Shown in pieces: positions 48,533 through 59,400 of a stretch of 64,000 nucleotides of DNA. The stretch is from the NCBI RefSeq assembly GCF_006345805.1, contig NC_043000.1:18414001-18478000 (forward strand). Direction: 5' to 3'. Under the pieces are notes generated by a model that had not been told where the DNA came from, did not search any database, and worked only from the letters and a program-made list of their open reading frames with translations. The translations under genes were made by a program, and so were the position numbers. The stretch is from Octopus sinensis. Its lineage: Eukaryota. Each line of letters starts with the position of its first letter. The first letter of the stretch is position 1.

Positions 48533-48943
48533 TTCCGATATAATTTAACATACCGGTAAAATTTCCACTTATTCTTTAGTGTGTTATTCCTGAGTGTGTT
48601 AAATTATAAGGCACAAAAAGAAAATGACTCTCCCCAGACACAACAGAATATGCTTCAACACACGAACTGACATAAAGAATCTTGCAAACCAAATCCAAAA
48701 ACGAAATATATTCCGATAACTATGCTTTCGCTTCTTCTTTAGAATTAAAAAAAATTTTTTGCCTTGATCAGTTGCCGACCTGATACAAAGCTCAAATATG
48801 ATTTACACTGAAATGTTGCTAAATTATATAGGATCATGATATCGTTATACACACGAAGATCTAAAGTTCATACGGCAAAGAAAACCGCTTGGTTGATCGC
48901 CAAAGATTCATTCACTCGTTTGCTGCAGATCTCTCTCACTTAA

Positions 48944-49331
48944 CTGTGGAAGCACTTCGTCGGTTACGACGATGAGGGTTCCGGTTGATCCGAATCAACG
49001 GAACAGCCTGCTCGTGAAATTAACGTGTAAGTGACTGAGCACTCCACAGACACGTGCACCCTTAACGTAGTTCTCGGGGATATTCAGCGTGACACAGAGA
49101 GTGACAAGGCCGGCCCCTTGAAATACAGGTACAACAGAAACAGGAAGTAAGAGTGAGAGAAAGTTGTGGTGAAAGAGTACAGCAGGGATCACCACCATCC
49201 CCTGCCGGAGCCTCGTGGAGCTTTTAGGTGTTTTCGCTCAATAAACACTCACAACGCCCGGTCTGGGAATCGAAACCGCGATCCTATGACCGTGAGTCCA
49301 CTGCCCTAACCACTGGGCCATTGCGCCTCCA
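48944..49331 (-). mobile_element. SINE family 3, full length
   Basis: Reverse complement of the 46842-47226 type; CACTTAA duplicated at both ends. Confidence 0.87.
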
Positions 49332-50409
49332 CTTAAGATACTTGTCTCTCTCTATCTATTTTGCGTCATTCATTCTGTATTTCAACCAGCACCTTTATCC
49401 TGGATCCTGCATTAAATAGACACCAGAGGTGTCTTACTGAGATTTATATACCTTTGGGATTTTCTTAGCTCTCCCTTTTCCTCTCAAAAAATCGATATAC
49501 CGAAGTTCAAACTATTAATCTTATTATTAATCTAACTGCGCTATAAGTGCCTTCAATGGCGTTGCCTTTCCTGTGGTTTATTAATTTTAAGAATATTAAT
49601 GTTTATATTAGTTGCATTTCAGTACTTCAGTAGAATGTCACATAGACATTCTACCGAAGAATGTCACATAGAACAGGGTTTACTCTTAACGATTTTGATA
49701 AAATTTTGAATTTTAGAAGTTATTTCGTGTTGAAGTTGTCGTATTTAGGTAATTTTAACCAATCAATGACGTGTATTCAGCTGAAGAAAATTACTGCTGC
49801 TGTTTGCGAACAATTTCCGTGTCCACTCCCCTAACGGAACCCTTTAATAACTAGAGATGTTTTTATAGCAACATAGGTTTGCTGTATCAGGGTTGATTTG
49901 AGGCTAAATAACAACAAAATTATTACTGAGACAGATCAACGACGGAGCCGGTATGTGGTTGCATGACCTGCTAGAAAAAGTAGCCAAACTTTTTTTTATA
50001 TACAGAATAAAAAGAATCTCTATCCTGTGATATACACGTAGAATCCATTATATCTGGGTAGAAAGACGGAATGTTTACAGTTGGGACATCATCCAGTAGC
50101 TTCCTGCAAAATTTGACCCTGTCTGTTACTATTAGCTACAACTGTCGAAGTGTTGTACCACACATGACAAATTAATTGTACTAATGGAAAAGGACCCGGT
50201 GAACAAGCTCCTAGGAGCTTCAACACGGAAACCTTCCAGTGTCTAGTATCCAATCAGATTCAACTCGGGACTAAACAAGTAACGAAGGGAACGGGACGAG
50301 GCAACAAGAGAGCCTTTGCCTGGTCGCTCGAGTTGCTAGAAAGAGCAACTAAATCTTCCAGACAAAAAGAAAAATGAAATTTCCGTCTTCAAGAAAAAAT
50401 AAATAATGC

Positions 50410-50670
50410 GGATCTTTACCTTTTGACCGACAGATTTTTTAAATAATTTTTTGTAACTAAACACTTTATTTCAATACACGTCATTGATTGGTTGAAATTA
50501 CCGAAATACGACAACTTTAACGTGAAATAACTTCCTAAATATAAGCTTTTCTCAATAACGCTAACAGTAAAAGATGTTTTATATGACACATTCTACCAGT
50601 GTCCGAAGTATGGAAGTGTTTAGTTACAAAAAATTATTTTTAAAATCTGTCGGTCAAAAGGTAAAGATCC
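50410..50670. mobile_element. Merlin-like MITE, second subfamily
   Basis: TIR GGATCTTTACCTTTTGACCGACAGATTTT, perfect 8-bp TSD AATAATGC. Confidence 0.85.
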
Positions 50671-50764
50671 AATAATGCAAATTTATAATGCAGAAACTTA
50701 CAAAAAAAAAAACAGCCTAGATTAGTAAACAGACCCACTCCTATTTTATTGTAAGACAACGCCA

Positions 50765-51015
50765 GACCACACATCGCAAAAATGGAAGTTCTCCATCATC
50801 CACCATACTCACTTGACCTTGCTCCCCACTGAGTACCACTTCTTCCAGAATTTGGATAACTTTTTGATAGGAAAAAATTTTTAATTCCGACGATGCTTAC
50901 AAGATTTTATTGACTCTAGATTGCCAGGCTTTTACAGTTTCCGGGTTGGACAAGCTACCGCTGAAATGGCAAAAGTGTATTGACAGTATGGGTGCATACT
51001 TTGATGAATAAAACT
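50765..51015 (+). mobile_element. Mariner transposase 3' fragment
   Basis: EVLHHPPYSLDLAPTEYHFFQNLDNFL...KWQKCIDSMGAYFDE*. Confidence 0.8.
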
Positions 51016-51047
51016 ATTTCTTGTATTTATAAAACATTGCCAAACAT

Positions 51048-51425
51048 AGGCGCAGGAGTGGCTGTGTGGTAAGTAGCTTGGTAAGTAGCTTGCTAACCAA
51101 CCACATGGTTCTGGGTTCAGTCCCACTGCGTGGCATCTTGGGCAAGTGTCTTCTGCTATAGCCCCGGGCCAACCAATGCCTTGTGAGTGGATTTGTAGAC
51201 GGAAACTAAAAGAAGCCTGTCGTATATATGTATGTATATATATATGTATGTGTGTGTCTGTGTTTGTCCCCCTAGCATTGCTTGACAACCGATGCTGGTT
51301 CGGCAAAAGAGACCGATAGAATAAGTACTGGGCTTACAAAGAATAAGTCCCGGGGTCGAGTTGCTCGATTAAAGGCGGTGCTCCAGCATGGCCGCAGTCA
51401 AATGACTGAGAAAAAAAGAGAAAAA
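51048..51425 (+). mobile_element. SINE family 1 upstream of CFAP418
   Basis: Full head, small internal deletion. Confidence 0.83.
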
Positions 51426-51779
51426 AGAGAATCTAATGAAACAAAAAATGTCTTAGAGGGATTTTGAAACCTTAACCTTTCAGTATTCGACAACAGTGGT
51501 GGGACAGAGATGGGACAAAGAGAGAGAGTGAAAGAGAGAGAGAGAGTAAGAGAGAGAGAGAGAGAGAGAGAGTAAGAGAGAGAGAAAGAAAGAAAGAAAG
51601 AGAGAGAGATGGCAGTAACAGGTAGTGGGTGTGCATAATAAAACGTAACTGAACGTGTGTAGCATGTTATTTCTAATGTAAAATCATTAAATATTCATTG
51701 CAGCCTCTATAATTGCTTGTTATACTGGAATAACAAGATGTGAGAACTTTAAATGTTAGCAATACAACAATGACGAAAT

Positions 51780-51845
51780 AAGAAAGTTATTTCCTCCAAT
51801 CAAAATCCGTGTTTTGCGTTTCTGCTGTTGCTAACTGTAAACAAC
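51780..51845 (+). promoter_or_regulatory. Probable CFAP418 promoter / 5' UTR
   Basis: CpG-enriched unique sequence just upstream of the ATG, with CCAAT at about 51796 and a GTTGCT half-site resembling an RFX X-box half; inferred from position. Confidence 0.35.
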
Positions 51846-51928
51846 ATGGACGACGGCGACGATATTGACGATTTGTTGAATGAAGCCGAGCAATCCTTCA
51901 ATTCCCGATTTAAGCGTCAAAATTGCCG
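51846..51928 (+). CDS. CFAP418: CFAP418 exon 1 (coding part)
   Basis: ACAACATGG start context in a CpG-rich patch; donor CG|GTAAGT. Confidence 0.88.
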
Positions 51929-54900
51929 GTAAGTGATCAGAGTGTATATTTTTGTGATCTTATCCACCACGAATCATATTTTTTGTATTGATTCTTTGAA
52001 ATCGAATAAGTGAAAACAAGTTTAAAAACAAGGAAAAAGATATTATGAGATAAGGGAAATAACTCAAAACCGACGACTGACAAGAAAATTTACTTTCTTA
52101 TGTGAGCATGTACATATACACATTTTATATCTATCTATATCAGTGCTTTTCAAACTTTTTGCTGGAGCGGAACCCCAAGGAAACATTCCACTGGCTCGAG
52201 GAACCCCTGTGCAATAATTTAATAGTCTTATACACACATATCTGCACAGGAGACTTAAAAATCACTGCCGATTTTAGCAGTTTTGTAACTTCTTGCGGAA
52301 CCCCTGGACTGTACTGGCGGAACCCTTGTTGAAAACCACTGATCTATATAGATACCTTTCTTGGATCTTTTCGGTTTGAACGGCAGTTTTTTCTAGCGGT
52401 GTCATATGAAATTGTCACCCATAATTATGACCCTAGTATCGATCTATTGCATTTCAATCTGTTTTAGGGTTAGGGGAAGGGTATCTTTTTTTCTTCGCAA
52501 ATGTAAATAAATCCAATCTGTTTCTTAAACGAGGGACATATTCATACAGCACAGAATGTTTTTTTTTACCTCAATAGACGTCAGTGATTGGTTGAAATTG
52601 CAGAAATTGAAGAAAAAAACAACAACAAATATCTTACAAACTATAGAATTTTCTCAATAAAGCCAAGAGAAAAAGATGTTTTACAAACACATATCAACTT
52701 CCCCCTTCGCTAAGCCACCATGTTGAAGAGTTGGAACAGATTTGATTTTCCACCATCACTCTTTTATCAGACTATTTTTCTTCTATTGACACTCCTTTAT
52801 CATATTACCTCTGCTAGTCATCACTCCCTACAAATGTGACTCTTCACTGACATCTGCCACTCTCAATCTTACCAATCTACTCATTCCTTGTTACCATAAT
52901 CTATCTTTATCGCTGTTCTATCACATTGCTCATTCTGCTATTCTATTCAGTTTTCTTACCATTAACTAGCACATAACTTTCTCTTCTATTGCTCCTTTCC
53001 CTGGCATCCACTTACTTTTATCATTCTGTTCCATATCCATATTCATACTCTCTTTGTTTTCATTCTCTCAAAGATCACTCTCTTCTCTGTATGTGTGATT
53101 GTGTATTTGTGTTTCCATGTCTTAACATTGTGCAATAGTTGTACATGTGCATCATCACACAATCAGTATTTTTTAAAATAATAATAATAATAATAAAATT
53201 ATTGTATACAGTGCTCAGGTGCACCACAACTTGTCAGAAAGTGTGTATAAAACATATGCAGTAATGTACAAATGTCTGGGAAGTGAACAGTGTATGAACC
53301 AGATAGATGCTTGTGTGTGTATGGAAGGGAGAAAATCAGGTGTAGTGTTTGCGAATCTCAGGAAGCATGGAAGTTTTGAAGGATGCAGTGCTCCGACAAC
53401 TAACAACCGATGCCGGCAGTTTGTTCCATGCTTCAGCAACTCTCAGCGTGAAAAAATGTTTCCTAAAGTCATGGGAGCTGTGCTGTTTTCTGACTTTGTA
53501 AATATGTCCACGGATGTTAGACGAGTGGAGTTTGAAAAGGTGCTCAGAGTTATTGTTTGTAAGATGGTTGATAATTTTATGGTTGTCTGCCAAGTCAGCT
53601 GCCAGACGTTGGAGTTTCAATGTATTCATGCCCAGGGAGGGGCATGTTCAACCACAGAGAAATATTACCTTGCTTGTGGTAACAAAGCTTTTCTAGCCAT
53701 AGAAAAGCTACCTCAGTAAATTCTATCTAACCCATGATAGTATTGAAAAATAGATGTTAAAATGATAAAGATGAAGCTTGCAAGTTTCTTCTATCAATAG
53801 AAATTTTCTTTTGACGACAGTGTTTCCAATATTTCTGTTGTGGATGAACTAGATGACTTACTTGCTGAAACTGATGACATTAAAGACTATAAGGTTAGTA
53901 ACACAAGTTGTTTACTACAAAGAAATTCTCTTCCTCTCTTCCTAACATTATTTCTTTCACATTTTTTTAAAGCAAACTTTAATCTTCTTCTTTGGGTTAA
54001 GAATAATTTGTATAATAAAAATACTGAGTTAACATGCAGGCTTCTAATTTTTAATTTTTTTTTTTAATAATTTGTTCTAATAGAACACCTAAAAAAAAGA
54101 TATACTTTAATTATTAAAATGACTAATTCTAGATCAAGAAGATCAGATTACATTACATAACAAAGGCTTTATACCAGTCATTGATTAAATTTTAAGTTAT
54201 TCTTTTCACAAATCTCCAGTGTTTGTTGAACCAGTACTTAACTCCAAATTTTGATGTATTGAGAAGGGGAGAAAATAAATTCCCCTTAAATAGTTTACCA
54301 GTCTAAGCACCTTTAACAAAACACTTCTCATTTGTACAACGCTAATACTGCTTACACGGAGACTACATACAGCTGAATGGGCTGAACTGTCTTGTAGCCA
54401 ATCAACTTGGACATAACTCAATTTAATTATTTATATCTTTTAAACATTATAAATCTTTCTTCTTAGCTTTATAACTCCGGTACAAATTTTAAAAAAAATT
54501 GATAATTTTATCACCTGCCGTAAATACTGAAATAAATATTTTTCATCACATTTAATGGCTGTTTTTATATCCATTCTTCTGTACTGGAACATGTTACATA
54601 GTTCTGCAAATTCATATTTGTAATACCTGTTGATTCAGATACATTATTTGTACAAGTGGATACCTTTCTATTGCAAACTACTCATTTGAGAGTAAAAATT
54701 ATATCTAATTTTAAAGATAAACTGGTTTAAGAAGAAAAATGTCTCCTGCACTTCTCTTCAATACTTGTGTAACATAGCTTTTACTCTTCTGCCCTATAAA
54801 TATTTTAAAATTACAAACCATTCTTTTATTGATTATAGGCTGATAAACAACAAAAAGCTGTCAACCCACATTCCCTGGAAGAGGTAGTCAAGTGAGTGAT

Positions 54901-56440
54901 TCATAATTCTTTTTTATGATGAACAAATAAAGTTTATTTGTAAATTAATCAAGTGTATACAAAAAGGGAAGAACAGATTTCCTCAGAAATTTTTTAATGA
55001 TTAAGTTTAGCTGTCAAAATGAACAAAATATATATTTCAGTTCTGTGAATTCATTGCCACAGGCTCAACCATTAACCTATCAGAGAGTGACCAATACTGT
55101 GACAGTTTGCTTTTCTCACCCTGACAAGCAGCGAAGCCTAGGCTGATAGCTGAACATGCCAAGTTGCCACAGGAGATGTCACAGCATGTGGCATCCCAGA
55201 TGAATGGGAAAGTTATACTATCAGGCCTTTCATAGTCTGTCCCTTTCGTCTAGCCCCTCTGGCTCAGGCTGGGAAGGGAAGTCTGTGGTGTTTAGGCATA
55301 CTTTATGACTTCCTTAAGGGCAGCACGGTATGGGAGGTGGCTAGCATTATGACAATGGGTGGAGCTCAAAAGAGTCCAGTGGATTGGCAGCGGCATTCAT
55401 GAGGCACACAGATCTGGAAGCCAAGCCTCAAGGAAACACTGTATACAGTCACTATCAAGCTGAGTGTCAGAACGAATGTTGGCACCACTGTGAGGCTCAG
55501 AAGCTGAGCTGAAACATGCCAGATAGTGCTGGCCAACTTGGCTCACTAGCTCATCCAAGATCATGCTACACTGGATGATGTCCCATTTCTTTTGATAGAA
55601 CCAGATGTCCACAGAAGGGTGAAGGGGATGGACGTCAGCAGGGCACAGGCTAAGCTGATTCCATGTTGTATAAACTACCTCATACTCCCTAATCAGAGTT
55701 GGTTCAGTTGTGTTTGGCATGGAAAAAGATGGGGAAACATAGATTAAACTGATGGGATAGGGATGAAGGTGGGGATATATAATTATATATATATTTCTTT
55801 ATTACTCCACAAGGGGCTAAACACAGAGGGCACAAACAAGGACAGACAAAGGGATTAAGTCGATTACATCGACCCCAGTGCGTACCTGGTACTTTAATCG
55901 ACCCCAAAAGGATTAAAGGCAAAGTCAACCTCGGCGGAATTTGAACTAGGAATATAACGACAGACGAAATACGGCTACGCATTTCGCCTGGCGTGCTAAC
56001 CTTTCTGCCAGCTCGCCGCCTTTAATTATATATCTACAGCTGAGCCTTTGCCTATTTGTACCTGCTAAGTTACCCTCCTCTATCCCTCTTTCCTGTTCTG
56101 TACTCTCTCATCCTTTCTTCTACTGAGTATACCATATTGCCCATGAAAGGAGAAAACCTAGATCTGTGCATACACTACCACCCATATCTTGCTGCTTCTC
56201 TCTCCTTCTATATTATGATGCTTGACTAAGTGAATCTTTTGGCACTTAATGCACCCTCCCTCATTTAATCTCCTCCTTTTCCATTACTGCCCCTTTTATA
56301 CTGAGTTGTCACTCCCTTCCCATCTCACTCTTGCCACTGATAATTTCTATCACTGTCCACGAACTACACTCTTCTTAATCTTCAAACTGCCATTTATCTT
56401 GTACCACTAGTGTCTCTCCCATTTATATATTCCCTTTAAT

Positions 56441-56472
<32 letters not shown>

Positions 56473-59400
56473 GACAGATATGTATACATACAAACAACAG
56501 GCTTTATTCCAAATCACTACAATTGTTTCAGTGCATCAGTATTAGGTAAAATTGTCAAGAAGGCTGAGGGTGCCTTGGCATCACTCACCAAATCCTTTGT
56601 GAGCCGCTTGCCGACTATCTATCTGCAGCTTTATATAGCTATGGTAAGACCTCACCTGGAATTTGTATCACCGGTCTGGAACCCCTAACTTGTCCAGGAT
56701 ATCAATCGTCTGGAAGCCGTTCAGCGACGTGCAACCAAGAGAATACCCTCCATCAGGCATTTGCCATATCCTGAATGCCTTACTTCCTTGGGCATGGACA
56801 CATTGAAACTCCGACGTCTGGCAGCTGACTTGGCAGACACCCATAAAATTATCAACCATCGTACAAACAATAACTCTGAGCACCTTTTCAAACTCCACCC
56901 GTCTAACACCCGTGGATATATTTACAAAGTCAGAAAACAGCACAGCTCCCATGACTTCAGGAAACATTTTTTCACGCTGAGAGTTGCTGAAGCATGGAAC
57001 AGACTGCTGGCATCAGTTGTTAGTTGTCGGAGCACTGCATCCTTCAAAACTTCCATGCTTCCTGAGATTCGCCAACACTACACCTGATTTTCTCCCCTCC
57101 ATACACACACAAGCATGTATCTGACTCATACATTGTTCGCTTCCCAGACATTAGTACATTACTGCATATATTTTATACGCACTTTCTGACAAGTTGTGGT
57201 GCACCTGAGCACTGTATACAATAATTTCATTATTATTATTATTATTAAAATAATTGCAGCTAGCGAAACAGATTTTTAAAAACTATTATATTGATTCAGG
57301 TCATATGGCTAGGCTTGATAGTTTCATTTGTGATTAGAACATTTTGAACATAACATTATACTACTCTGAAAAGAGACCGTGTCATTGAATATATTTTATG
57401 TCTTACAGATGTTTCCCCATCTACCTTGCTGGAAGTCACTTTCCCTGTGGTTTAGGTAACATCTCTAAAAAATTGTATGTATGCTGACATTTTTTCCTTT
57501 GATATTTTTCATTCTTGCAAAAATTTGTTTCATTCCTCATCCATAATCCTATTGAAACAGGTCTTGTTATAATGAAAGGTCAATATAAAGATCCTCACCT
57601 GGGAACAAAAAAAATAAAAAAATAACTAGCCTGGGGAGTGGGGGGTAACAAGTGTGTGGAAAACGAATGTGAAAAAAAATGCGTGCTGACGATCCTGGAA
57701 GGGGGATGGGACTTTCGGAAAATTTACAAGATCCGATTTTTTTCCATCATAAATTCGGGTAAACGGATATGTATAAAATGTATAGGCGCAGGAGTGGCTG
57801 TGTAGTAAGTAGCTTGTTTACTAACCACACGGTTCCTGGTTCAGTCCCACTGCGTGGCACCTTGGGCAAGTGTCTTCTACTATAGCCTCACTTTAAAAAT
57901 GCGATTTTTTGAAAAAATTTTTTCAGAATCGGATCCTCCATAACCAAAAACGTGGGATTCCGTAAAAAAAGATTAATATATATCCATTTTAACGGACGTT
58001 ATGACGGAAAAATAGGATCTTGTGAATTTTCCGAAAGTCCCCTCCCCACCCCAGGGTCGTCAGCGTGCATTTTGTTTTCATATTCGCCTTCCACATACTT
58101 ATTAATACCTGCCAGGCTGGTTAATTTTTTTTTTTGTTCCCGGGTGAGGGTCTTTATATTGACCAAAATGTGGGTTTCCGTAAAAAAAAAATCAGTATAT
58201 ATCCATTTTACCAGAAGTTATGACAGAAAAATCGGATCTTGTGAATTTTCTGAAAGTCCCCCATCTACACGTGGTTGTGCACTGGTGGATAGAAAATTTA
58301 TCTGCCTCTTATCTCTGTAAGCGGTCGCTAGCAGATTTCTTCTCTACCGTTGAATTTCTCTGTTATTCCCTGGAGGACTATGATGAATAAAAGGGGACTG
58401 AGGGCTTAACCTTGGTGGACCCCTACGTGTACTCGGAATTCTTCACAATACTCATTGCCAATCCTAATCTTACTAACGGCTTCTATGTACAGCCCTTATT
58501 AACCATTTGTCAATCCCCAGTTTCCGCATCACCCACCAGATAAGGGATTGGGGTACCCTGTCAAAGGCTTTCTCCAAGTCCACAAAAACTAAGTATAGGG
58601 GTTTATCTTTAGCTAGGTATTTCTCCTGCAGTTGTTGAACCAGGAATATGGCATTAGTGGTGCTTCTACCCGGCACAAAACTGAACTGCATCGCATCTAA
58701 GCAAACTCTCTCCCTAATGAGATGGGCTATGACCCTCTCTGTGACTTTCATCACCTGATCCAGCAGTCTGATACCCCTGTAGTTATTTCTATCTAGAACA
58801 TCACCTATACCCTTGTAAATAATAATAATAATGACAATGACATTCTTTAATTTCAAGTAAGCCTTCATTTGACTACAGATGAACTATGTAAAGTAAAAGC
58901 ATTTCATTATCTTTATATATAAAAGTGAGGTTGTGTGCTGTCTGTCTCCTACGATTTAGATTCCTAACTACTCCCACATTTTGCGGTGCAGTTTAACCAA
59001 AACCGGGTATCTTATAGTCGTGATTCATATCGAGCCCTTCTGGGTATTAGTGCGTGTCTACGATGAGTCTACGATTTAAAAAAAAATTTACCATCAATTT
59101 TTCACATTTTTAATGCATTTTTGGCATATATAAGGAAAGTAACTCTCTAAAAATTTATTATTAAATCTCAGACCGTAAAAAGTTACAGTAACACCCCCCT
59201 TTGTGGTTAGCCATATTGAGATGGCTATTATACTTTACATCCCTAAAAATGCTTATATAGTTATTTCCCTTACAAACCCGAGCAACGCCGGGCGATACTG
59301 CTAGCTTTTTTTATAATTTACAATGGTGACATGTAAAACAAAAAAACACCCAACATACTCTGTAAAGTGGTTGCATTAGGAAGAACCCCCAGCTGTAGAA

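Noticed and set aside
51826-51845. Full RFX X-box upstream of the ciliary gene
   Set aside because: Only a GTTGCT half-site with non-canonical spacing; noted under the promoter at low confidence
54229-54310. Alternative CFAP418 exon 3 after TCTCCAG
   Set aside because: No phase-2 donor of good quality before the stop; 54839-54891 fits better
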